Part shown: in pieces, positions 19,690-28,300 of the stretch | Numbering within the stretch: position 1 is the stretch's first letter | How the letters are laid out: each line of letters begins with the position of its first letter | Source: Halodesulfurarchaeum sp. | Lineage (GTDB): Archaea; Halobacteriota; Halobacteria; Halobacteriales; Halobacteriaceae | Direction: 5' to 3' | Length of the DNA stretch: 64,000 bases | Assembly (NCBI GenBank): GCA_034520565.1 | Contig: JAXHNL010000002.1 | Location: forward strand, 736,001 to 800,000 | The notes under the pieces: model-generated | What the model was told of the DNA's origin: nothing | Seen by the model: the letters and a program-made list of their open reading frames with translations, nothing else | Database searches by the model: none | Position numbers and translations under genes: made by a program

Positions 19690-20625
19690 TCAGTGGCCGT
19701 GCGCACAGAGGTGTGAATCGTTGGAGTCACTCGCAGAACACCGCTCGATAGTCGCGTGATCGACTCCCTGGTCGGCTAACTCCTCGTGGACGCGGCAGAC
19801 GACCGCGTCGGCCTCGGCGAGGGTTTCGGCGTCGGTTCGAATGTGGGCCGTTGCGACGGTGAGTTGGCTACACACCTGCCAGGTGTGCAGATCGTCGACC
19901 GCAGCAACGCCCTCGATATCACGGAGCCGAGCCCGGAGATCCACGTCCGGGATCGGCGCCTGCTGGAGGAATATCGCCCCACTCTCACGCAGCACCCGCA
20001 CCGCGGACCACGCCACGACGGCAGCGATGAGGCCGGCCGTGATCGGGTCGACGATCCGGAAGCCGGTCACTTCGACGACGACAGTCGAGACGATGACCGC
20101 CACCGACCCGCCGGCATCGCCGAGGAGGTGGTAATACGCGCCGCGCTCGTTGAGACTCATCCCGTCGCCCTGGAGGACGAAGACCGAGACGACGTTGACG
20201 AGCAATCCACCGCCTGCGATGAGGAGTGTGGGGCCCGTTCCGATCTCGATCGGGGAGAGGAACCGTTGATAGGACTCCCAGAGGATGAACCCGACCATCG
20301 GCAACAACAGTACGCCGTTGAGAAACGCCGCCGTCGGTTCCAATCGATGCAGCCCGTAGGACCACTGATCGCCGTCGCCGTAGTTGTCGGCGGCATAGGT
20401 GGCGGCAAACGCCATGACGTACGCCAGGGCGTCAAACAGCATGTGGAAGGCGTCACTGAGCAGCGCGACCGATCCGAAGAGGAGGCCACCGGCGAGTTCG
20501 GCGACAAATCCCAGGAGATTGATCACCGACACCGCTGCCAGCGTTCGGCTACTCGTCTTCGAGGTCTGACCGTGGCTGTGGCCGTCGTGTGAATCAGTGG
20601 CGTCTGTCGGTTCGTCTTCGTTCAT
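19690..20625 (-). CDS. Cation diffusion facilitator (Zn/Co/Cd efflux, CzcD-like)
   Basis: His-rich N-terminus, SVALLSDAFHMLFD, YGLHRLE, HLLGD, DLHTW, HATIE. Confidence 0.93.
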   Translation of the reverse strand: MNEDEPTDATDSHDGHSHGQTSKTSSRTLAAVSVINLLGFVAELAGGLLFGSVALLSDAFHMLFDALAYVMAFAATYAADNYGDGDQWSYGLHRLEPTAAFLNGVLLLPMVGFILWESYQRFLSPIEIGTGPTLLIAGGGLLVNVVSVFVLQGDGMSLNERGAYYHLLGDAGGSVAVIVSTVVVEVTGFRIVDPITAGLIAAVVAWSAVRVLRESGAIFLQQAPIPDVDLRARLRDIEGVAAVDDLHTWQVCSQLTVATAHIRTDAETLAEADAVVCRVHEELADQGVDHATIERCSASDSNDSHLCAHGH

Positions 20626-20709
20626 CGTTCGTGTGATTGATCCATTTTAGTGTGTTCGTGTACGGGAGATGTTCGGAAGCCGTGTTCGGAAATCACTATC
20701 GGCCATCGT

Positions 20710-21486
20710 TCAGGCCCCGAAGGCCTGATACAGCAGGATGACCGCAATTCCGAACAACACGATCCCGAAGATCTTCTTGATCGTTTCTGATTCCAGCCGC
20801 GTCGCCATCAGCCGTGACCCGACCTGACTCCCGAGGAGGACGGCAACGGCACTCCCGAGCCAGAGCCCCCATATGGGCTCGGTCTGTAGGGCCAGGTGTG
20901 AGACCACGCTCGACAGCCCAGAGCCGGTGATGACGAGCGCGGACGTGGCTGCGGCGACCTTCGCTTCGATCCCGATCATGTAGAGCAGCGGGACGACGAA
21001 CACCCCGCCACCCTGGCCGATCAGTCCGGCGAAAAATCCCAGCACGGAACCGCCACCGAGACCGATGGACGCCTCCTCCCTCGAGGAGAAGCCCACGTCC
21101 TGGCGGGGCTGATACCCCGAGAAGATGAGGGCCGCAGCGGATGCGGTGAACAGCGCCAACACCGCGACGATCGTTTCGGTCGGGACCCAGGTCGTCGCGT
21201 ACGCGCCCACGGGGGCGAAGAGGATCATCGCGATCCCGAAGAGGATCCCGATCCGCCAGTCGACGAGTCGCTCGCGGACGTAGGTCACCGTCGACGAGCC
21301 CCCGACGACGACGTTCAAGAGGATGCCGAGGGGGACGGCCTGTGTCGCCATGTCGAAACCCATCCAGTAGAGGATCGGCACGTAGAGCTGTCCGCCGCCC
21401 ATCCCCAGCATCGAGAAGACGAGGGCGACGAAGAAGAACAGCACTGGCGCGAGGACGACGGGCTGGGTGAGGATGCCGAGCTCCAT
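20710..21486 (-). CDS. TauE/SafE (TSUP) family exporter
   Basis: Two GxGGG repeats (LGMGGGQLYVP, IGQGGGVFVVP), AAATS; about 8 TM helices. Confidence 0.88.
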   Translation of the reverse strand: MELGILTQPVVLAPVLFFFVALVFSMLGMGGGQLYVPILYWMGFDMATQAVPLGILLNVVVGGSSTVTYVRERLVDWRIGILFGIAMILFAPVGAYATTWVPTETIVAVLALFTASAAALIFSGYQPRQDVGFSSREEASIGLGGGSVLGFFAGLIGQGGGVFVVPLLYMIGIEAKVAAATSALVITGSGLSSVVSHLALQTEPIWGLWLGSAVAVLLGSQVGSRLMATRLESETIKKIFGIVLFGIAVILLYQAFGA

Positions 21487-21489
21487 CGA

Positions 21490-22116
21490 TCAGAAGCCGG
21501 CACAGTCGGCGCAGACGTGCTCGCCGTCGACGACGCGCAACCCGGGTTCGAAGGTGACCTCGCCGCACTCCGCACAGTGCTCCCAGTAGAAGGTTCCGTG
21601 ACCGGTATCCGCGTCCAACTCGATGTCCTCGACTGTCGCCGACCGTCGAGGAGTTCGTCCGTCGGGCATGGTGAGTACCGTTTCGACGGCATCGTCCGTG
21701 ACCTCGCTGTCGATGTCCATCGGTTCGATGCCGTTCTTTCGCTCGGCGATGAACGGCGAGTTATCGAGAGCGTGGCCGAACCACTCGGGATCCATGGAGA
21801 CGCGTACCTGTCGCTCCGTCTCGGTGTCGACGAGCGTGAGGGCGTTCTTGGCGACGTTTCGCTTCTCGATGTTGCCCTTGCCGTACGTACAGCCGGTTCC
21901 GATCTGGACGCCGTCGACGAAACAGTGTGCCGGGTGTTTCGGCCCGCTGTCGACGTACGCCCGCAGTTCCTCGTTGGAGTCCGCCTCGACGCCCAGTGCC
22001 TCCCGAGCGGCCAATCCGGCTCGGAGGCCCATCGCGGAGGCCGGACACTTGTGCCCGTGAAGGGCCTTGGTGGTTTCGAACAGCGATTCGATCTCGTCGT
22101 CAACTGATGTGGCCAT
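21490..22116 (-). CDS. FmdE-family protein with a C-terminal zinc finger
   Basis: HGHKCP, CFVDGVQIGTGCTYGKGN, CAECGE...CADC; short garbled stretch at about 21635-21660. Confidence 0.88.
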   Translation of the reverse strand: MATSVDDEIESLFETTKALHGHKCPASAMGLRAGLAAREALGVEADSNEELRAYVDSGPKHPAHCFVDGVQIGTGCTYGKGNIEKRNVAKNALTLVDTETERQVRVSMDPEWFGHALDNSPFIAERKNGIEPMDIDSEVTDDAVETVLTMPDGRTPRRSATVEDIELDADTGHGTFYWEHCAECGEVTFEPGLRVVDGEHVCADCAGF

Positions 22117-22413
22117 CGTCGATATTCCTCCATGGGCCACCAGCGCCCACGTCACCAGGTCGACCCACCGTTTCGGTGGGGTATCGGTCGTGAGACGGCG
22201 GGCCCATATCTATCGTATTATTCCAATATGAGTCATATAAAGGAATCGGTATTGGTATCGTACTGTAATTATAATACACTACTGTGGGTGGCGTATCAGC
22301 ATCGCATGGTCGCGATTACGATGCTTAATGGTGGCTCGAAGCCCCTTACGTTCATTATTCAGTATTCGGCCGACAATAACTACGTCGCGTGTACCGGGGT
22401 TCGATTCGTTTAA

Positions 22414-22701
22414 GTGTGTACAAATATCACTTTTCCACTACAGGACATAACGATAAATCCCGATACAAGTTCAAAATCGTCGCCACCCATCGCGGGTGTC
22501 ATTGGTGTCGCGTTCAGCGTCGTTGTACTGCTTACGGCAATTGCCTACACGGTTATTTTGGCCGTCGTCGACTGGGCAGCCGTCGACCTGCTGGCGTATC
22601 CGGCGAACGGAGTCGCGCCCTTTGCCGTGATCAGCGCAGCGATACTGACGGTCGCGATCATCGTCCCGACCGCACTCGTCACGGTGAACAAAACCGGCTA
22701 G
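22414..22701 (+). CDS. Small two-TM membrane protein, start uncertain
   Basis: Two long hydrophobic segments (IAGVIGVAFSVVVLLTAIAYTVILAVV; FAVISAAILTVAIIVPTALV) downstream of an AT-rich promoter region. Confidence 0.5.
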   Translation: MCTNITFPLQDITINPDTSSKSSPPIAGVIGVAFSVVVLLTAIAYTVILAVVDWAAVDLLAYPANGVAPFAVISAAILTVAIIVPTALVTVNKTG

Positions 22702-22959
22702 GGACCGCTCCTCAGAGGTCCACACTCGCCGTGTATCGACCCCTCGACGAGTTCCGCCCGCGACCTCATACTCCCCGAAGGGGAAGGAATCCGCTCGTTC
22801 GGCGTTAGATCGGGCGTCCGGTTTCTTTGCGGAGACACAGCCAGGTTTCGACTGCAGTCGGGCACGTTTCGGGAACCGTTCGGGGCAGTCGGTCCGAAAA
22901 CGGGCCGTCACCGACCGGGTGTGATGGGGTTTAAGCCGCTGTGTTGCCAATCCGGGGGC

Positions 22960-23247
22960 ATGAGCGAGAACGAGCGTGGGCGCAACGACCTCAGGATGCC
23001 CGACGACGACGAGGTATTCGCGGTGGTCGAAAACATGCTCGGAGCGAATCGCGTGAAAGTCAGGTGTGTCGACGGGGTCGAACGCACCGCCCGCATCCCC
23101 GGCCGGATGCAAAAGCGGGTCTGGATCCGCGAGGACGACGTGGTCCTGATCGAACCCTGGGACTGGCAGGACGAGAAGGCCGACATCGTCTGGCGATACG
23201 AGAAGAGCGAGGCCGACCAGCTCCGGGAGGAGGGCCACATCGGGTGA
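22960..23247 (+). CDS. eif1a: Translation initiation factor aIF-1A
   Basis: [30 protein letters not shown]. Confidence 0.97.
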   Translation: MSENERGRNDLRMPDDDEVFAVVENMLGANRVKVRCVDGVERTARIPGRMQKRVWIREDDVVLIEPWDWQDEKADIVWRYEKSEADQLREEGHIG

Positions 23248-23250
23248 GCT

Positions 23251-24108
23251 GTGACTGATGAATTCGTCGAGTCCGACGCCGTCGATGGGGTCGGCGACGA
23301 GTGGGGAGAACTCGACGTCTCGGACACGGCGGCCGATCGAATCGCTCGAGCACAGGATCGGGAATTCTCCGAGTTTCGCAAGCGCCTGAAGGACACCGAG
23401 CAGTTCAAAGTCGAGGGATCGGTCTTCGACGACGCGACCTACGCCGCCCTGTACAAACTCGTTCAGGACGACCACCTCCAGGCATTCGGCGGCCCGATTT
23501 CGACCGGGAAGGAGGCAAACGTCTACGAGGCCCTCGACGAGGACGGCGACACCGTCGCCGTGAAGGTCTATCTCACGACGACCAGCAACTTCCGACAGAT
23601 GAGCGACTACCTCGAGGGGGACCCTCGCTTCGAGGGCATTCAGGGCTCGACGACGAAGGTGGTCATCGCGTGGGTCAAAAAGGAGTACTCGAACCTCAAG
23701 CGGGCCCAGGTGGCCGGCGTCGCCGTCCCAAACCCGATCGCCGTCCAGCGAAACGTCCTCGTGATGGAGTATCTCGGCGACGAGGAGGGGCCGGCACCGA
23801 CTTTGAATGACGTGACCATCGAGAACCCCGAGACCGCCTTCTCGGTCGTCCGGGAGTACATGCGCCGGCTCCACGACGCGGGACTGGTCCACGGCGACCT
23901 GAGCGAGTACAACCTGGTCGTCCACGACGGTCAGATCACCGTCATCGACGTGGGGCAAGCGGTCACCGTTCACCATCCCAACTCCGAGGACTTCCTCGAG
24001 CGGGACTGTCGAAACGTCGCTTCCTTTTTCGCCGACCTCGGGGTCGACGTGACGGCCGAGTCACTGCGAGCCTATCTCGAGGCCGAAGCCTCGCCGCGGG
24101 AGAACTGA
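23251..24108 (+). CDS. rio1: RIO1 serine/threonine kinase
   Basis: STGKEANVY, AVKVY, KEYSNL, LVHGDLSEYN, IDVGQAV. Confidence 0.95.
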   Translation: MTDEFVESDAVDGVGDEWGELDVSDTAADRIARAQDREFSEFRKRLKDTEQFKVEGSVFDDATYAALYKLVQDDHLQAFGGPISTGKEANVYEALDEDGDTVAVKVYLTTTSNFRQMSDYLEGDPRFEGIQGSTTKVVIAWVKKEYSNLKRAQVAGVAVPNPIAVQRNVLVMEYLGDEEGPAPTLNDVTIENPETAFSVVREYMRRLHDAGLVHGDLSEYNLVVHDGQITVIDVGQAVTVHHPNSEDFLERDCRNVASFFADLGVDVTAESLRAYLEAEASPREN

Positions 24109-24153
24109 TCCTCCCGGAGAACCCTTAAACCCGCAGCCTCGCTAGTCCCGGCC

Positions 24154-24705
24154 ATGAAACACGTGAAGATTCCGACGGAGCGGATCGGGGTGCTGATCGG
24201 CGAAGGGGGTGAAACCGTCGAGACGATCGAGGAGGCCGCGGAAGTCGAACTCACCATCGACTCGGAGAACGGTGCCGTGAAGATCGAGTCGGTCGGGGAT
24301 TCGGTCAAGGGGATGACTGCCTCGGACATCGTCCGGGCGATCGGTCGGGGCTTCGCCCCCGAGGAGGCCTTGACGCTGCTCGACGACGAGATGCGGATGT
24401 TCGACCTGATCGACATCGAGCGGGTCGCCAGGAACGACAACGACCTGCGTCGACAGAAGGGTCGGCTCATCGGAGAGGGCGGCCGGACCAGGGAACTGAT
24501 GGAGGAGTTGACGGGCGCAAGCGTGGTGATCTACGGCTCGACGATGGGTATCATCGGCTCGCCCCGGGAGGTCGAAATCGTCCGGAGCGCCGCGGACATG
24601 CTCCTTGACGGGGCACCCCACGGTGCCGTCTACTCCTTCCTCGAGCGCAAGCGCGTCGAGGAGCTGAAAAGCGAGGGAATGGACTACCACGAATTCACGG
24701 GCTGA
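24154..24705 (+). CDS. KH-domain pre-rRNA processing protein (Dim2/PNO1-like)
   Basis: RIGVLIGEGG, AIGRGF, GRLIGEGGRTR, GAPHGAVY; conserved aIF1A-rio1-KH cluster. Confidence 0.92.
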   Translation: MKHVKIPTERIGVLIGEGGETVETIEEAAEVELTIDSENGAVKIESVGDSVKGMTASDIVRAIGRGFAPEEALTLLDDEMRMFDLIDIERVARNDNDLRRQKGRLIGEGGRTRELMEELTGASVVIYGSTMGIIGSPREVEIVRSAADMLLDGAPHGAVYSFLERKRVEELKSEGMDYHEFTG

Positions 24706-24903
24706 GTCGAACACGTGGCTGAACCTCCTTCTGGACCGCTCGTGGCGTGAGTGACCGAAAACCGAGTTGCACGCCGTTTGGCGCCGGAGACGTAAATGGA
24801 CGTGTCATGTGATTGCATCACAACTGCTCAGCGGTCGTACCGCGGTCCCAGTGCACCGGACCAACACGCTTATATAGAATGGCAAAACAACTCCCTTCCG
24901 AAC

Positions 24904-26598
24904 ATGGCGCAGATGGGTAATCAACCCCTCATTGTACTCTCCGAGGAGTCCCAGCGAACGTCCGGGAAAGACGCACAGTCGATGAACATCACGGCCGGGA
25001 AGGCCGTCGCGGAATCGGTCCGCACGACACTCGGTCCGAAAGGGATGGACAAGATGCTCGTCGACTCGACGGGCAACGTCGTCGTCACGAACGACGGCGT
25101 CACCATCCTCAAGGAGATGGACATCGAGCACCCGGCGGCGAACATGATCGTCGAGGTCGCCGAGACCCAGGAAAACGAGGTCGGTGACGGCACCACGACC
25201 GCCGTCATCGTTGCCGGCGAACTCCTTTCGGAGGCCGAGGACCTCCTCGAGCAGGACATCCACGCGACGACCCTGGCCCAGGGATACCGACAGGCCGCCG
25301 AGGAGGCAAAGGACTTGCTCGAGGACAAGGCCATCGAGATCTCCACCGACGACACGGAATACCTCGAACAGATCGCCGCGACGGCGATGACCGGAAAGGG
25401 CGCAGAGACCGCGAAGGACACCCTCTCGTCGCTCGTCGTAAGCGCCGTCCAGTCCGTGGCCGACGAGGAAGGCATCGACACGGACAACGTGAAAGTCGAG
25501 AAGGTCGTCGGCGGCTCCATCGACAACTCCGAGCTGATCGAGGGCGTCATCGTCGACAAGACCCGCGTCGACGAGAACATGCCCTACGCCGTCGAGGACG
25601 CCAACGTGGCGCTTATCGACGACGGGATCGAGGTCGAGGAGACCGAGATCGACACCGAGGTCAACGTCACCGACCCCGACCAGCTCGAGGAGTTCCTCGA
25701 GCGCGAGGAGGCTCAGCTGCGCGAACTCGTCGACGCGCTCGTCGAGGCAGGCACGGACGTCGTCTTCGTCGACGGCGGCATCGACGACATGGCCCAGCAC
25801 TTTCTCGCCCAGGAGGGCATTCTCGCGGTCCGCCGCGTGAAATCCGACGACATGACCCGGATTGCCCGGGCAACAGGCGCGACTCCGGTCTCCAGCGTGC
25901 GGGACATTACCGCTGCTGACCTCGGGCAGGCCGGCTCCGTCGCCCAGCAGGACGTCGGCGGCGACGAGCGCATCTTCATCGAGGACGTCGAGGAGGCGAA
26001 ATCCGTGACGATGATCCTCCGCGGCGGCACCGAGCACGTCGTCGACGAGGTCGAGCGGGCCATCGTGGACTCGCTTCACGTCGTTCGGGTCACCCTCGAG
26101 GACGGCAAGGTCGTCCCCGGCGGCGGCTCGCCGGAGACCGAGTTGGCCCTCGAACTGCGGGACTTCGCCGACTCCGTCGGCGGCCGCGAAGCGCTTGCAG
26201 TCGAGCACTTCGCCGACGCGCTGGAAGTCGTCCCGCGCACGCTCGCGGAGAACGCGGGACACGATCCGATCGACTCCCTCGTCGAACTCCGCAGCCAGCA
26301 CGACGCCGGCTCGAGCGGCTCCGGGCTGGACGCCTACACGGGCGAAGTCATCGACATGGAGGGCGAAGGCGTGGTCGAACCGCTCCGCGTGAAGACCCAG
26401 GCCATCGAGTCCGCCACCGAGGCCGCGGTGATGATTCTCCGCATCGACGACGTGATCGCCGCGGGCGACCTGAAGGGCGGCGAGGTCGGCGGCGACGATG
26501 ACGACGACATGCCCGCTGGCGGCCCCGGCGGTGCCGGTGGCATGGGTGGCGGCATGGGCGGAATGGGCGGCATGGGTGGCATGGGCGGCGCGATGTAG
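24904..26598 (+). CDS. thsA: Thermosome (group II chaperonin) subunit
   Basis: [28 protein letters not shown]; C-terminal GGM repeats. Alpha versus beta is not certain. Confidence 0.95.
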   Translation: MAQMGNQPLIVLSEESQRTSGKDAQSMNITAGKAVAESVRTTLGPKGMDKMLVDSTGNVVVTNDGVTILKEMDIEHPAANMIVEVAETQENEVGDGTTTAVIVAGELLSEAEDLLEQDIHATTLAQGYRQAAEEAKDLLEDKAIEISTDDTEYLEQIAATAMTGKGAETAKDTLSSLVVSAVQSVADEEGIDTDNVKVEKVVGGSIDNSELIEGVIVDKTRVDENMPYAVEDANVALIDDGIEVEETEIDTEVNVTDPDQLEEFLEREEAQLRELVDALVEAGTDVVFVDGGIDDMAQHFLAQEGILAVRRVKSDDMTRIARATGATPVSSVRDITAADLGQAGSVAQQDVGGDERIFIEDVEEAKSVTMILRGGTEHVVDEVERAIVDSLHVVRVTLEDGKVVPGGGSPETELALELRDFADSVGGREALAVEHFADALEVVPRTLAENAGHDPIDSLVELRSQHDAGSSGSGLDAYTGEVIDMEGEGVVEPLRVKTQAIESATEAAVMILRIDDVIAAGDLKGGEVGGDDDDDMPAGGPGGAGGMGGGMGGMGGMGGMGGAM

Positions 26599-26781
26599 GA
26601 GAGGCGAGCGAAGCGAGTCTCTCCGAACAGCCGAACGGGCGCGGTTTGCCCGTGAGGTAAGAGAGGTCGAAGACCTCTATGAACTGGCGAGCGGACCGCA
26701 GGTCCGCGAGCCGGGAGACGACCGAAGGGAGTCTCCGAACGAGCGAGCGGGTACGGTTACCCGCGAGCCGGGAGACGACCG
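26598..26781. repeat. Cluster of short hairpins with a 21-bp direct repeat (REP/BIME-like)
   Basis: Hairpins at 26662-26678, 26691-26707, 26714-26736 and 26747-26764; CCGCGAGCCGGGAGACGACCG at 26704 and 26761. Confidence 0.7.
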
Positions 26782-26843
26782 GACAAATTCACCGTCTTTT
26801 CGACCACCATTCGGCCACGCGGCTCGGTGACGTATAGCCAGCG

Positions 26844-26934
26844 GAAGCCGCGTCCTCGAAAACGCGAAGCGTTTTCGGGTGCAACGAGACGCGTAGCGTT
26901 TTGTCATGCCCCTTCAGGGCGGGGAGGATATCAA
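26844..26934 (+). mobile_element. Orphan IS200/IS605-family right end (omegaRNA-like remnant, no tnpA/tnpB)
   Basis: GAAGCC...hairpins...CCCTTCAGGGCGGGGAGGATATCAA resembles haloarchaeal IS605/IS1341 right ends that finish in TCAC/TCAA. Confidence 0.6.
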
Positions 26935-27093
26935 TTAGCTGCAAGAACTGAGTAAACTCCCGTTTCAGATCAAAATTACCGCCGAATACGCCTGTGGTCC
27001 CGGAAAACTACGTTTTTCTTGGTCCACGTTCGAAAACGCTGCTCCGAATCGAATTCTACTCCCTATAAGTATCGGCTCGTTTTAGCCCCAAAT

Positions 27094-28089
27094 ATGCCAG
27101 CGCGCACGACGCGGCTCTTGACGAGCGACCAGGTCGACCGCGAGATGCCGATGGACGAACTCATCGCCGGCGTGGAGGACGCCTTTCGGGCCTACGAGCT
27201 CGGGAACGCCCAGATGCCCGCGAAGTCATACATCGACCTCCGGAAGTACAACGGTGACTTCCGCTCGATGCCCGCGTACCTCGAAACCGAGGACTGGGAT
27301 GCGGCGGCGATCAAGTGGGTCAACGTCCACCCGGACAACCCCGAGCAGTTCGACCTCCCGACGGTCATGGGAACGGTCATCTACAGCGACCCGGAAACCG
27401 CCTATCCGCTCGCGTTGCTCGACGGCACGGTCCTCACCCAGAAGCGCACCGGCGCGGCCGCCGGGGTCGCCACCGATCATCTCGCCGTCGAGGACGCCTC
27501 CTCGATGGGGATCATTGGCGCCGGAATCCAGGCCTACACGCAGCTCGAGGCCGTCGCCACCGTCCGGGACATCGAGGAGGTCGTCGTCTCGGACGTCGAC
27601 GACGAGCAGGTCGAGGCTTTCATCGAGTACTTCGAGGACCGCTTCGACGTTCGCGGCGGTTCGGTCGCCGACGCCGCGGGCTGTGACGTCCTCTCGACGG
27701 TCACGCCGGTTCGGGAGCCGATCGTGAGTCCAGAGGACGTCGGTGAACACACCCACATCAATGCGATGGGCGCCGACGCCGAGGGCAAACAGGAACTGGC
27801 AGACGACCTGCTCCTCGACGCGATGGTCGTCATCGACGACTACGAGCAGTGCACCCACTCCGGGGAAATCAACGTCCCGTTCCACGCGGGCGTCCTCGCC
27901 GACGAAGATATTTACGGCGAGATCGGACAGATCGTTGCCGGGAACAGGGCTGGACGGGAGGACATCGAGGGCGTCACCGTCTTCGACAGTACCGGCCTGG
28001 CGATCCAGGACGTCGCCGCCGCACACGTGGTCTACGAACACGCTATCGAGGCGGATATCGGCACCGAGTTCGACTTGCTCGGGGTCTAA
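27094..28089 (+). CDS. ala: Ornithine cyclodeaminase/mu-crystallin family protein, probably archaeal alanine dehydrogenase
   Basis: MPAKSY, GDFRSMPA, KWVNVHPDN, RTGAA, GAGIQA, HINAMGAD, FDSTGLAIQD. Confidence 0.85.
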   Translation: MPARTTRLLTSDQVDREMPMDELIAGVEDAFRAYELGNAQMPAKSYIDLRKYNGDFRSMPAYLETEDWDAAAIKWVNVHPDNPEQFDLPTVMGTVIYSDPETAYPLALLDGTVLTQKRTGAAAGVATDHLAVEDASSMGIIGAGIQAYTQLEAVATVRDIEEVVVSDVDDEQVEAFIEYFEDRFDVRGGSVADAAGCDVLSTVTPVREPIVSPEDVGEHTHINAMGADAEGKQELADDLLLDAMVVIDDYEQCTHSGEINVPFHAGVLADEDIYGEIGQIVAGNRAGREDIEGVTVFDSTGLAIQDVAAAHVVYEHAIEADIGTEFDLLGV

Positions 28090-28300
28090 GACCGGCCAAC
28101 GGCGATCATCCCGTCCAATACTTTTTCAGTAATGACCGGGCCATGCTGGCCCATGTCCTGACGCCTGGCCCGGGACGATTCGCGGTTGCAAGCGAAGGCG
28201 CTTGCCGGCGGGCCTGTCCACTCGCCGGTGTGACCTCTCGTCTCGGTGTCTCTCTGTCACCTGCTCGCCTATCGTGTCGAGGAACTCGCCGTTCTGGAAC

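Noticed and set aside
26515-26595. Short tandem repeat GGCATGGG(C/T)
   Set aside because: It encodes the normal GGM tail of chaperonins
26598-26781. Possible mini CRISPR array (21-bp repeat with a 36-bp spacer)
   Set aside because: Only two copies, embedded in hairpins; no leader, no cas genes and no haloarchaeal repeat consensus
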